Positions 10,501 to 19,810 of a stretch of 25,233 bases of DNA are shown here, in pieces. The DNA comes from Candidatus Omnitrophota bacterium (GTDB lineage: Bacteria > Ratteibacteria > UBA8468 > MWAK01), in assembly GCA_043797665.1 (NCBI GenBank), contig JAZDPL010000087.1, positions 1 to 25,233 of the forward strand. The letters run 5' to 3'. The notes beneath the pieces were generated by a model. That model had not been told where the DNA came from, made no database searches, and worked only from the letters and a program-made list of their open reading frames with translations. Both the position numbers and the translations under genes were made by a program. Each line of letters opens with the position of its first letter. Position 1 is the stretch's first letter.

Positions 10501-10996
10501 CGACGAGCACGGGGATAAACCGTTTTCTTCCGCAGAGGTGAAACTTGCCTATGACGACCAGAACCTCTACATCCTGGTGAACAATCCCCAGGGAATTATA
10601 CGGAGCGCGCCGAAGCAGGAGAGGGATTACCCGGGCATAGACGAGCAGAACAATGTGGAGATACTGTTTGAACCCCAGTTCGGAGGAGGCTCCTATTTCC
10701 GTTACATGGTGGATTCCGCCGGGAACGTGAAAGACAGCCGGGGCGACAGTCAGGGGGAAGAAACGGCCTGGAACAGCGCAATCAGGACAGCCATCACGAT
10801 AAACTACAACGTCAGCTGGATAATGGAGGCGGCCATTCCCTTCCAGGACCTGGGCATTTTTCCCAAGCCCGGTGACAAATGGGGTGTAAACGTCTTCCGC
10901 AGCGACGTTGATGCCAACGAAATTTCAAGCTGGAATTTCTCCGCCGGCGGAGATAAGGTGCCGGAGAATGCGGGTACGCTTGTATTCTTACCGTAA
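7511..10996 (+). CDS. Large secreted multidomain glycoside-hydrolase-like protein (paralogue B, 1161 aa): N-terminal beta domain, putative (beta/alpha)8 barrel, beta-sandwiches, CBM11-like and CBM9-like modules
   Basis: GGAGG SD and signal peptide MRKYYCFSALFILALLA. Barrel-like segment HPEWL..DVANPDWQDF..GVDFLYMDN..GILEN, then DFKGWKDF. CBM9-like PVIDG..W..AYDDQNLY..WIMEAAIPF..WGVNVFR. Confidence 0.8.
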   Translation: MRKYYCFSALFILALLARVVTVCGASEPIVLSGDAVSFSISPEDGRVLNVLDKKSGKTVIENSYDLYVRGNISRDERTDKVKTIESGKDSVKLACVNGDLGLTIEKTYTLKDNLLSKKATYRTGDSEPEKYEIYSQVEMNGELRKGGYYYRPMDDGYKVPGAVIIPAYLVTKDNRLTTSAGYLVCYLKSLNKTVGQYVYRIDGHIAYNNPALVAKATPSGWVTAVGQQFVSASRSVTFETHLALVDGDPRYFDARYFSLPEYAEFGKVEAPSWVGDTAIWGVCPELYSILAPDGFGSFQKQVELCLDFVPDGQYMLALINHYTMAGDYRSTGTMKYPPVGMKDYSGRVSAEAVKEIVAKLHAISPKIKVGFYSIGSFVSEESETFMKQHPEWLAKDEKDNLMETTDGIGKCYVLDVANPDWQDFAVGQYRDTIDNLGVDFLYMDNAPGESINWSVPRVASTADYTELFRKIHRMANAKNVALMMNHAAGVNLMCDIGILENSMGYKNLEDKDWRINAAWAFRAKMATGVRPSARIVPMWYDSAVLAQHGPGFGLITDQHAWMARSAAMVNFAKLYQKIGEELKDAWAENLDFKPSFWKLETEDLEICSLRKNSVFIFPCIWHGEDKGTEKVSIETSGMGLDPDSATFILRISPNLPEFMDIYSRPVFQKYAALVNSVAVEESGTMKTIDQKLSLMPGQQQYLIVSQVPGFIYSVGGRRSVLLMPEVSGVKMEGQLKKGTTGSYAVKVIVGSGKAEILLYVPPAWPDVSVEVDGAAAKGKTVDLRGSRFVLLPVDKGSHTLKISKLNAAAVSVSPFESIKADIWSEQFRTFSWNFYGLDYETGYQAGRCTLKLKGLNGASGGKVVFDTFPLNFGDGVRLSVLGQGGQEKVWVTLPGWQWSRMMDFKGWKDFVLTRQDFTQSSSTEWPKGRAFPEIAFSNLGGQGLTIGDFSFIKAKAGAQKETGAKEIKALRTENPPVIDGFPTDGCWEKADGQKLLYDEHGDKPFSSAEVKLAYDDQNLYILVNNPQGIIRSAPKQERDYPGIDEQNNVEILFEPQFGGGSYFRYMVDSAGNVKDSRGDSQGEETAWNSAIRTAITINYNVSWIMEAAIPFQDLGIFPKPGDKWGVNVFRSDVDANEISSWNFSAGGDKVPENAGTLVFLP

Positions 10997-11001
10997 CGTC
11001 T

Positions 11002-14000
11002 GTGGAAACGAAAGAAACATCAGTCCGTCTTAAGGGAAAAGCGTTCCGGGCGGTATTTTCCTGCCTGACCGGGCAGCTTACAGGCGTTGCCGGCACCACC
11101 GGCGCTCCGCTGATAGCCGGGAACGAGGACCGGTATAACCTGGACGGAAAGGTCTCCGGAGAGATTGAAGACCGGGTGATTTCGCAAAAAAGAAACAAGG
11201 ATGCCGTAACTTTCCGGTGCGTCAATCAGAACCTCGGCATTACCATAACCAAGCGCTATCGGATTAAGGGCAACGTTCTCCAGAAGGAGGCGGGTTATAT
11301 TGGTACCGGCAGCCGTAAGTCGCTCCTGAAAGTTTCCTCGGAAACTATTTTGCCGGACGCCGTCTGCCGGGATGGTTTCTATTACCAGCCGGCTGACGAC
11401 GGATATAAGGTGAAGACGGTGCCGTTCATGAAGGGTTCCGAGGTACAGGAAGATTTTGACCTCTCCATCAACCGGGGTGCTTTCATCTTCTTTCTCCCCG
11501 GGAAGGGCCGGGAAAAAGTAATCAGCCATTATCGCTACCTGATAAACGGAAAACCGGCTTACGGAGAACCGGAGGAATCTGTTGAGGCAAAATACGTCAA
11601 AGGCGGAATGAGGATTGCTTTGGGACTTGATTTTATTTCAAACAAAGACTGCCTTGAAATAACCAGCCACTTCCGGTTTACGGACGGAGACCTCAGGGAA
11701 TACCACCGCGAGATTCTGGAACTTCCCGCCTATGTCCGTCACCGGAGAGACAGATTTCCGGAATGGTTCAAGAAGGCCAAGATGTTTATGTACCGGGAAC
11801 CGGGCCCGGCGGTAGACTTGATTGAAAATCCGGATGCGGTGGTAGCCGGCGTAAAGGGACTTCTGGGCCTTTTGCGCGAAGACGAAAATATGATGTTGTT
11901 CTTCAACCACTGGTCAACCAGCGGCTATTATCCGTACCGGGGCGAATTCCGATATCGCACATACCGCCGCGAGGGGTGGAGCAAGCCGGTGTCGATAGAC
12001 GTACTGAAAGAAAGGATAAAAAGATTGAAGGCGATATCGCCCAGGATTAAGGTCGGGGGGTACGTTTATTTCCACGCCCTGACTCCCGGAACCTATCTGT
12101 TTGAGGAGCACCCGGAGTGGCTGCTGCATGACCGGGAGGGAAAGGTAGCGATGATTGGCGGCGGCGGGTTCGGTCCGGAAGCGGCGAGCGACATGACTAC
12201 CGGTTACCGTGATTATATTCTGGACCAAATGAAAGGCATGGTGACGGTGCTTGGGTTTGACTGGATACACCTGGATTCCGGGATACCGGAATCCATAAAC
12301 TGGGGAAGGGAAACGGTAATCCAGGGTTATCATAGCACGGAAATCTATGAAGATTTGACGCGCTTTTTGCGAAAGCACGATAAGGTTTTGATCCAGAACG
12401 TAGCAACCACAATCGGTCTTTGGGCAGACGGCGCCTATTTTGAGTGCCAGCAGCCGGAGAGGTGGGAAGAGAGGGACTGGCGGACCCTGGCGATATGCGG
12501 TTATCTGGCCGGTCTCTACCGGCGCTACCGGCCTTACCGGTGGGACAACGGCTGCTACGGCGGACTCGGTGTCCGGGCGGTGATGAATATATCCAGCGGG
12601 ATGAGGTCGTGGATAAGGGGCAGCGGCCTCTGCTGGTACAACATACCCTACGAACTTGCCTACGAAAGGATTATAGAGGAACTTATCCCGGCGTCGGTAA
12701 GCGACGTCGGTCTCAAACCGTCCTGGTGGAAGATGGAGACGGAAAACCTCCAGGCGGAAGTTTATGAAAGAGGCGGCGCTTACATTGTGCCAATGGTATG
12801 GCATGGCAAGGAACCGGTCCGCGGTCAGAAGGTGGAGATAGAAACAGCCGGCCTGAATTTCCAGAGCGGTTACTCTCTGTTCAGCGTTGACCTTGACCCC
12901 CTGCTGCCGGAGCAATACTACCGGTCGTTTGACTATCCGGACTGGAAGATTGAATATGTCCGGCTGAAGGGTTTTGAGGTAAGCGGTAAACTGGCGAAAA
13001 AATATTCATTCGTCAAAGACCTGGAACCGCTCAAGGTGAAATACCGCATCGTCACGCAGGTACCGGCTTTCGTCTATCGCTTCGGAGAGACGAGGACGTC
13101 GTTGCTTCTGCCGGAAAACATGGGCGTCAGGATTTCCGGCAGAGCCGGGACCGGAAAGAAAAATTATCAAATCAGGGTTACGAACGAAAACTCCAGAGCG
13201 GAAGTAATTTCCTACCTGCCTAAAGAATGGAAAGGCGTCCGGGTCAAGGTTAACGGAAAGAAAAAAGTTTGTAAAATACTGGATTGCCTCGGCAAAAAAT
13301 TTGCTTTGGTCGAGGTCGGCCGGGGCGCAAGCGTAATTTCTCTCTCGGAGAACAAGACCGCGGGTTTTGAGGAGGCGGAGACGATTTTTTACGAGAATCC
13401 ATCCGGAGATTACTGGAGGGAGGCGTCCGAACGGCTGGAGTATGAGAACCTGGAACACCGGGCGGATACAGAGGACGGCCGGAGCGTTTTGTACCTTAAA
13501 GAAAGAGAAACAGGCAAAGGTGGCAATGTGGCTTTTCCCCTGGTCGAGAACCCGGTGCAGGCCGGCGGCGTTGAGATTTCAATCAAGGGCCGGGGGTTGG
13601 ATGACTGCGTAACCGTAACCGTGCTTACCGGAGAGGACAATCAATCCTGGACCCGCGAATTGAGGTCTAATTTTACGGGGTGGAGACAATTCGCCATCAC
13701 GCGGGATGAGTTTGTGTCTTCCGGAGCCGGTGAGTGGAGAGAAATAAACAATCTCACCGTCTCCGTTCTTTCGGAAGGCGGTGGTGAGATGGCAATCGCC
13801 GGCATCAGATTCCTGCCGCCGCGGCCCGGGGATTTCGTCCCGGCAAAAAAAGAAGCGAAGAAGCGGGTAATCGCATACCGTACCGAAGAACCTTTTTCCG
13901 TGGACGGCGAAATGACCGGAAAATGCTGGGAAGAGGCGGAGCCGGCCGTCGATTTCTACAAGACAGGCGGAGGCAAGGCCGGTTCGGATTCCTGGGTGAA

Positions 14001-14454
14001 GATATGTTATGACGACCAGAACCTTTATCTGATTTTCAACTGCGACGAATCGATTGAGACCCTGGGAGAAAAAAAAGAAAATCCGGTATGGACTAAGGAC
14101 CACGTTGAGATATTCCTGGACCCTTTCCCGGGCAAAGGGGTCTGGTATCATCTCCTGGTTGAAACAGCCGGCTTCACCGTCAGCAATTTTTACCAGAAGA
14201 CCGGTTATCTCAGGTGGAAAGGTCCATATGAAGTTAGGACGTTCCTGAACTGGAAAGCCGGGTGGGTGGCAAAGTTTAGAATCCCATTCTCCTCTTTAGG
14301 GAGAGTTCCGAAGGACGGCGAAGTCTGGGGAATCAATTTCGGGAGGATGGACCTGGTCGGTGAGTGGTTAAACTGGAATACGCCGGGCGAATTTCTTGAC
14401 CCGGCCGAGTTTGGAGAAATAGTATTCTTCGGGAAACAGGGAGGTGCCGGATGA
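11002..14454 (+). CDS. Large multidomain glycoside-hydrolase-like protein (paralogue C, 1150 aa); no signal peptide
   Basis: GTG start 5 nt after the upstream stop. Collinear with B and D ([93 protein letters not shown]). Confidence 0.8.
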   Translation: METKETSVRLKGKAFRAVFSCLTGQLTGVAGTTGAPLIAGNEDRYNLDGKVSGEIEDRVISQKRNKDAVTFRCVNQNLGITITKRYRIKGNVLQKEAGYIGTGSRKSLLKVSSETILPDAVCRDGFYYQPADDGYKVKTVPFMKGSEVQEDFDLSINRGAFIFFLPGKGREKVISHYRYLINGKPAYGEPEESVEAKYVKGGMRIALGLDFISNKDCLEITSHFRFTDGDLREYHREILELPAYVRHRRDRFPEWFKKAKMFMYREPGPAVDLIENPDAVVAGVKGLLGLLREDENMMLFFNHWSTSGYYPYRGEFRYRTYRREGWSKPVSIDVLKERIKRLKAISPRIKVGGYVYFHALTPGTYLFEEHPEWLLHDREGKVAMIGGGGFGPEAASDMTTGYRDYILDQMKGMVTVLGFDWIHLDSGIPESINWGRETVIQGYHSTEIYEDLTRFLRKHDKVLIQNVATTIGLWADGAYFECQQPERWEERDWRTLAICGYLAGLYRRYRPYRWDNGCYGGLGVRAVMNISSGMRSWIRGSGLCWYNIPYELAYERIIEELIPASVSDVGLKPSWWKMETENLQAEVYERGGAYIVPMVWHGKEPVRGQKVEIETAGLNFQSGYSLFSVDLDPLLPEQYYRSFDYPDWKIEYVRLKGFEVSGKLAKKYSFVKDLEPLKVKYRIVTQVPAFVYRFGETRTSLLLPENMGVRISGRAGTGKKNYQIRVTNENSRAEVISYLPKEWKGVRVKVNGKKKVCKILDCLGKKFALVEVGRGASVISLSENKTAGFEEAETIFYENPSGDYWREASERLEYENLEHRADTEDGRSVLYLKERETGKGGNVAFPLVENPVQAGGVEISIKGRGLDDCVTVTVLTGEDNQSWTRELRSNFTGWRQFAITRDEFVSSGAGEWREINNLTVSVLSEGGGEMAIAGIRFLPPRPGDFVPAKKEAKKRVIAYRTEEPFSVDGEMTGKCWEEAEPAVDFYKTGGGKAGSDSWVKICYDDQNLYLIFNCDESIETLGEKKENPVWTKDHVEIFLDPFPGKGVWYHLLVETAGFTVSNFYQKTGYLRWKGPYEVRTFLNWKAGWVAKFRIPFSSLGRVPKDGEVWGINFGRMDLVGEWLNWNTPGEFLDPAEFGEIVFFGKQGGAG

Positions 14455-15527
14455 AGTGCGTAATGAGAGTTGCTTTAATTATGGTTGGCATTTCGTTCTT
14501 TTTCTTGTCCGCCGGGCCGCTGAAGGCGGAAATCACCATTAATACAGTTGCGAAAGACGGGACCGTATCCGTATGGTACCGTGATGGGAGCACATGGAAA
14601 CCGTTAAACATCTCTGTCAACGGGGAAGGAAGACACCTGATTCTGGCGGACGGCACCGGCCGCGGTGCGAAAGATATCTATGTTGCCGCCAGCAGCGGCC
14701 TTTCCCGCATTTTCAACACTTCCTCTAACACGATAGCGTTTGAGTCGCTCGCGAGTTGGAACTGCTATTCCCTGGCCGCCGGCGACGTTGACAGTAACGG
14801 GAAATTAGATATTGTCTTCGGGGATGACTACTGGTACCGGAAGTTTGAGTATAACGGGAAGTCATGGGCCGCCGCCCAGATTCTTCCAACCGGATGCTGG
14901 AACGTCGGGACGACCATCGGCGACTCCGACCATGACGGCACCAACGAAATAGGTTTCTGGACCGGGAAGCAGAACCCGCTCGGGGGGAGTTGTGAATGGA
15001 ACGGGACCAAGTTCGTCCAGCGGCCCAGTGACGGCGGGGTATACTGGCTTTCCAATACGGCCAGGGGCGGCGTTGACGTGGACGGCGATAAGATTGTCGA
15101 TTCGGTGGTTCCCGGCGCCGCAGGCGTCTATAAATATGACTTTGCCGGAAAGGACAGCGCACCCAGACGGACGGTGATTATCAAGAACGACACCAACAAC
15201 CGCGGGGTCGCCCTCGGCAACCTTGATGGCGCAGGCATGGAGGTTGTAATCTGCTGCGATGCGCCCTCCGTGAGGGTCTGGAAATATGATTCCGGCGTCT
15301 GGAAATTTACCCGGATAGATGACACCGTTCTCCTGAACGCGTTGGACGCTTTTGACCTTGACGGGGACGGCCGGGACGAACTCTTCGGGGTCTCGCCGGC
15401 CGGTGAGATTTATCTGTGGGATTTCGACGGCAAGGAATACAAAAAGACCGTTTTGGTGAAAGAGACGAAACTGGAGTTTACGGATATCGCGGTTGGTGAT
15501 GTGGGAATAAGCGCCGCCAGCCGTTAA
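14451..15527 (+). CDS. Secreted FG-GAP/VCBS-repeat beta-propeller protein (358 aa)
   Basis: GGAGG SD, ATGA overlap and a signal peptide ending PLKA. Ca-loop-like repeats ADGTGRGAKDI, GDVDSNGKLDI, GDSDHDGTNEI, DVDGDKIVDS, GNLDGAGMEV, DLDGDGRDEL and a terminal IAVGDV. Confidence 0.85.
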   Translation: MKCVMRVALIMVGISFFFLSAGPLKAEITINTVAKDGTVSVWYRDGSTWKPLNISVNGEGRHLILADGTGRGAKDIYVAASSGLSRIFNTSSNTIAFESLASWNCYSLAAGDVDSNGKLDIVFGDDYWYRKFEYNGKSWAAAQILPTGCWNVGTTIGDSDHDGTNEIGFWTGKQNPLGGSCEWNGTKFVQRPSDGGVYWLSNTARGGVDVDGDKIVDSVVPGAAGVYKYDFAGKDSAPRRTVIIKNDTNNRGVALGNLDGAGMEVVICCDAPSVRVWKYDSGVWKFTRIDDTVLLNALDAFDLDGDGRDELFGVSPAGEIYLWDFDGKEYKKTVLVKETKLEFTDIAVGDVGISAASR

Positions 15528-15553
15528 GAATTTCAACAGACAGGGGGGTATTC

Positions 15554-18500
15554 ATGTTCGGGAACGGAACACATTACGGGTTTGCGGTAATTACGTCGCT
15601 GGTCTTTCTTTCGGCAATAACCGCGTCCTTGCATTCCGCAACCGGCGCGAACACTCTTTCCGGCAAGGTTATGACCGTTAATTTTTCACCCGCAACCGGA
15701 CAGGTTGATTCCATATCCGACAGCAAGGGCATGAAAATACTGTCGGGCAATGAGGACCATTATGACCTGGAAGGAAAAAAGTCCCTGGAAGGTAAAGACC
15801 GGGTGATTTCCGGAAAGGTTGACGCCGGCAAGGCGGTCTTTGAGTGTGTCAACGACGAACTCGGTTTGAAGATTACCAAGGAATACCAGCTGGAAGGCGA
15901 TACCCTTCTGAAGAAAATAAGATACTCCAGCGACCGGCCGGAAAAACTGCTGCTTAAGGTTTCATCCCGCAGCACCATAGAGGACGGACTGTATGAAGAG
16001 GGCTATTATTACATACCAATTGACGATGGGTCCAGGGTTTGGACCAAGCCGTTCATACCCACCGCGGAGATTAAAACACCAATGCCCTGGCCGGTAGACG
16101 GCGGCACCGGAGCCATTTACTACTTTCCGAAAAAGGGCAAGGTTTTCGTACACGAATACCAGAAGATAAACGGCGGATATTTTTACATTGGAACCTTCCG
16201 TCTTGGCGATGGAGCCAATATTGAATGCAAACTCATTCCCGGCGGGGCGATTACTGCATTGGGGCAGGCATTTGTCGACCGGGAATCTCCCCTGACGCTT
16301 GAGGTTAAATATCTTCTGCTTGACGGTGACCCCAGGGAATACCACCAGTACGTCCATAGTCATTCCCCGTACCGGGAGTACTGGAACGGAAAACAGCCGG
16401 ACTGGTTCCGGAATTCCAGGATGTTTCTGAGCGACGGCCCGTCCGGGTCCGGCAAAGGTTTGATGGAAGACAGAGATGCGGTTGCCAAAGACGTAATGAG
16501 TTTTCTGAGCCTGCTTCCGGAGGACCAATACCTGATGATATTCTTCAACCACTGGTCAACCTCCGGTGACTATCCTTACCAGGGGACGTTCCGCTATCAA
16601 ACCTACACCGATGCCGGCTGGAGCAAACCGGTGCCGGTGGAAAAGATGAAGGAGAACATCGCCTGGCTTAAGTCGTTATCGCCCAGAATAAAGGTGGGTG
16701 GTTACGTATTTTTCTCGCCGGCAAACGGGACCTATCCTTATGAAAAGCACAAAGAGTGGCTCCTTTTTGATAAGAACGGGGACCTGCTCTTTAGTGGTGA
16801 CGGGCTGGGTTCTACCGGAGTGGCGGATTTCACTTCCGGTTACGCCGATTATAGTTTGGACCAGATGAAACACATGATTACGGATACCGGTTTTGACTGG
16901 ATACACCTGGATTACGGTCCGTTTGAAGCTGTCAACTGGAAGCCCAGGAAGGTGATTCAGAACTGGGAAGCGGCAATTTTTTATGACCGGCTGGCTAAAA
17001 TGATGGAGGAGAATAACGCTGTCCTGGTGGAAAATGGCGCGCCCTCCTCTTCACTCTGGGCGCACGGCAGTTATTTTGAAATAGGAGACCCGGGGCGTTG
17101 GGAAAAGATGGACTGGCGCATTCTGACGGTGTCCGGTTATCTTACCGCGCTTTACCGCACCAACCGGCCCGGGACGTGGGTCAATAACTGCTACGGAACC
17201 GCCGGTATGCATGGTCTGAGGAACAGCTTTGCGGGCATGACCGGCTGGATTCGCAACGGCATGAACTGGTGGATGGATACGCCGCACAGTTTGGCCCACG
17301 AGAAGGTGATAGATGAACTCCTGGAAACAAGTTTGGCGGATATCGTGGTCCATCCTTCCTGGTGGAGGTTTGAGACCGACCGTTTTGAGGCGGAAGCGTT
17401 TAAGAGAGGCAGGGGCCTGATAATACCGGTCCTTCTGCATGGAGATAAATCTTCCGAGGAAAAGATTACTTTTGATTCATCCGGTTTCGGGGACAAGAAA
17501 GGAGAATATCTTTTTTCTTTCGACCTGCGGCTTTCTCCGCCCAACGCCATAGATGTTTTCCGGCCCGTCCCCTGGAAAGAGGACTACGTGGAATTGCTTG
17601 ATTTTACAGCGGCAAAGTCGCCCGGAAAAGATTATACCCACCGGCTGAAACTGGAGCCGATGCGGAATTACTACCACCTGGTTACCCAGGTGCCTGCCTG
17701 GGTTTACACCAGCAACGGACAGAGGACCTCTTTGCTCCTGCCGGAGAATAGGGGGGTGATTATCACCGGCAGTTTATTGGCGGGAAGCAAGAGTTACCGG
17801 CTTCAGATTGACAACAAGAACAATTCCGCCCAGGTGATGGCCTATGTTCCAAAGAACTGGACCGGCGCAGATGTTAAGATAAACAATGAAGACTGCCAGC
17901 CGACCCTGGTCAGCGTTCTTTCGGAAAAAGGTGTGTTATTCGACGTTCCCAAGGGTAAATCAACCGTGGATATTTCTGATTCGCGGAAGAACGTTCCCGG
18001 CAAGATGGCGCGGATAGGGTATCTCAATCCGCAGGAAGACGTCTGGCGGGAAGCATCGGAAAGGGTCTGGTACACAAACCTGGAACACCGTCCTTTTGAA
18101 GAAAGGGGCAAGAGTTGTCTGGTGGTGAAAGAGATTGCTCCCGGAGGCGGCCAGGCGGTATTCCCGATATTGGGTGTTACTTCGGCGACCAGCGGTTTCT
18201 GCCTGAAGGTGAAAGGAGAAAAAAGTTTCAGCAGAATAGCGGTTTTCCTGGCCGCCGGAAGTACTTTCAGTTACGAAATTACCGATGATTTTATCGGATG
18301 GAAAGAGTTCCGGGTTTCCCGCGAACAGATGGCTGCGGTGGGCAAGGAAGCCAAATGGGCAAAGCCGGGAAGTATCACTTTGCGGTTCTCCCCGGTGGGC
18401 GGCAAAGAGATGACCATCGCTGACCTGTGTCTCCTGCCGGCCCGGCCCGGCGACGAGATAAAGAAGGATACGGCCAAGAGAAAGATAACAATTTATAGGA

Positions 18501-19087
18501 CCGCAAAACCTCCGGTAATAGACGGTTACGGTACTGACCCATGCTGGAATGATTGCGAAACAATTACCGATTTCTACGAGTTGGGTGGCGGCATCTCCGA
18601 CTCCAAGACTTTCGTAAAGGTCTGCTATGATGACGACAACCTTTACGTATTCTTCAATAATGTTGAACCGCTGGAAAAACTTGCGGCTCCCCTGCCCCGG
18701 GATACTGCAATCTGGAGTTCCGACCATGTGGAACTTTTTATAGACCCCTACCGGGACCTGACCAACTGGTTCCAGTTACTGGTGGATACCGGCGGGACCA
18801 TTGAAGACCTCCGATATGGAGCCACCGGACGCAGTGAAGAGTGGAACGGAGATTTTCAGGTTAAGACTGTCCTGAACTGGAAAGCATCCTGGATGGCCGA
18901 GTATAAGGTGCCATTCAAAGTTGTGGAAAAGACCCCTAAGGATGGGGATGTTTGGGGGTTTAATTTCGGGAGGATGGATGTTGCCGGTGAGTGGTCAAAT
19001 TGGGCGACAAACGGGGCATTTCTGGACCCGGCCGGTTTCGGCGAGGTGGTCTTCGGAGGCACCCACGAAACAGTGCATGGTGAATAG
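15554..19087 (+). CDS. Large secreted multidomain glycoside-hydrolase-like protein (paralogue D, 1177 aa)
   Basis: Hydrophobic N-terminus ([19 protein letters not shown]) and a G-rich SD. It has the same motif series as C ([56 protein letters not shown]) and a CBM9-like C-terminus. Confidence 0.8.
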   Translation: MFGNGTHYGFAVITSLVFLSAITASLHSATGANTLSGKVMTVNFSPATGQVDSISDSKGMKILSGNEDHYDLEGKKSLEGKDRVISGKVDAGKAVFECVNDELGLKITKEYQLEGDTLLKKIRYSSDRPEKLLLKVSSRSTIEDGLYEEGYYYIPIDDGSRVWTKPFIPTAEIKTPMPWPVDGGTGAIYYFPKKGKVFVHEYQKINGGYFYIGTFRLGDGANIECKLIPGGAITALGQAFVDRESPLTLEVKYLLLDGDPREYHQYVHSHSPYREYWNGKQPDWFRNSRMFLSDGPSGSGKGLMEDRDAVAKDVMSFLSLLPEDQYLMIFFNHWSTSGDYPYQGTFRYQTYTDAGWSKPVPVEKMKENIAWLKSLSPRIKVGGYVFFSPANGTYPYEKHKEWLLFDKNGDLLFSGDGLGSTGVADFTSGYADYSLDQMKHMITDTGFDWIHLDYGPFEAVNWKPRKVIQNWEAAIFYDRLAKMMEENNAVLVENGAPSSSLWAHGSYFEIGDPGRWEKMDWRILTVSGYLTALYRTNRPGTWVNNCYGTAGMHGLRNSFAGMTGWIRNGMNWWMDTPHSLAHEKVIDELLETSLADIVVHPSWWRFETDRFEAEAFKRGRGLIIPVLLHGDKSSEEKITFDSSGFGDKKGEYLFSFDLRLSPPNAIDVFRPVPWKEDYVELLDFTAAKSPGKDYTHRLKLEPMRNYYHLVTQVPAWVYTSNGQRTSLLLPENRGVIITGSLLAGSKSYRLQIDNKNNSAQVMAYVPKNWTGADVKINNEDCQPTLVSVLSEKGVLFDVPKGKSTVDISDSRKNVPGKMARIGYLNPQEDVWREASERVWYTNLEHRPFEERGKSCLVVKEIAPGGGQAVFPILGVTSATSGFCLKVKGEKSFSRIAVFLAAGSTFSYEITDDFIGWKEFRVSREQMAAVGKEAKWAKPGSITLRFSPVGGKEMTIADLCLLPARPGDEIKKDTAKRKITIYRTAKPPVIDGYGTDPCWNDCETITDFYELGGGISDSKTFVKVCYDDDNLYVFFNNVEPLEKLAAPLPRDTAIWSSDHVELFIDPYRDLTNWFQLLVDTGGTIEDLRYGATGRSEEWNGDFQVKTVLNWKASWMAEYKVPFKVVEKTPKDGDVWGFNFGRMDVAGEWSNWATNGAFLDPAGFGEVVFGGTHETVHGE

Positions 19088-19100
19088 GAGGAAAGCAGGG

Positions 19101-19775
19101 ATGAAGAAACGCGGATTTACGTTGATTGAGTTGTTGGTGGTTATCGCCATCATCGCCATCCTGGCCGCGATGCTCCTGCCGGCACTCAGCCAGGCAAGGG
19201 CGAGAGCCAGGGCATCCAACTGTTTGAACAATCTGAAACAGTGCGGATTGGCGATACTCATGTATTGTAACGACTACGAGGATTATCTGCCTCCCATGGC
19301 CTGCGACCTTAACGATCTGGGTACCTATTGGGAGGCCCTTATTTCACCATATTTAGGAATACCTGTCGTCAGCGGCAAAGTTTTTGCTTATAATGCCATG
19401 AGATGCCTGGATGCTTCTCCGACAGCAGGAAATACCTATGGCGCTCTTTACAGCGAAGGTGGGACTACGACCGCCAACCCATTCTGCTACGCTCCCGCAC
19501 CTTATTCTGAGCATCAGGTAAAACTTGCCAGATGCAGGCCGACGATGATTCTGGTTGGTGAATCAAACGGTTATTCAATCGTGAGCTGGGTACCCACAAT
19601 TGATACCGATGACGACGGTGTATTCGATTCCCTCGCAACCGGGGCCTATCAGTACAATTACATAAAATTCAGACATTTCGGCGGAGGCAACTTTGTCTTT
19701 GCGGATGGACACGCCCAGTGGCTTGAGAAGAAGAATCTTTTTTCCAACTGGAGCACATACACCACATTTCAGTAG
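19101..19775 (+). CDS. Prepilin-type N-terminal cleavage/methylation protein with C-terminal H-X9-DG motif (DUF1559-type, 224 aa)
   Basis: [37 protein letters not shown] is a class III signal, followed by [15 protein letters not shown]. The C-terminal [14 protein letters not shown] is exactly H-X9-DG. Confidence 0.95.
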   Translation: MKKRGFTLIELLVVIAIIAILAAMLLPALSQARARARASNCLNNLKQCGLAILMYCNDYEDYLPPMACDLNDLGTYWEALISPYLGIPVVSGKVFAYNAMRCLDASPTAGNTYGALYSEGGTTTANPFCYAPAPYSEHQVKLARCRPTMILVGESNGYSIVSWVPTIDTDDDGVFDSLATGAYQYNYIKFRHFGGGNFVFADGHAQWLEKKNLFSNWSTYTTFQ

Positions 19776-19810
19776 TATCAATTGAATTATTGAAAGGGAT
19801 TTTTCCTAAC

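Noticed and set aside
11899..16913. Exact 21-22-nt matches between paralogues C and D (11899-11919 = 16541-16561; 12256-12277 = 16892-16913), considered as gene conversion or DGR-type repeats
   Set aside because: They cover conserved low-degeneracy peptides (FFNHWST, FDWIHLD). There is no reverse transcriptase or adenine-specific variation, so paralogy explains them.
18921..19100. ORF-track extension of the prepilin gene
   Set aside because: It overlaps paralogue D. A class III signal needs the short MKKRG leader, which starts at 19101 after AGGAGG.
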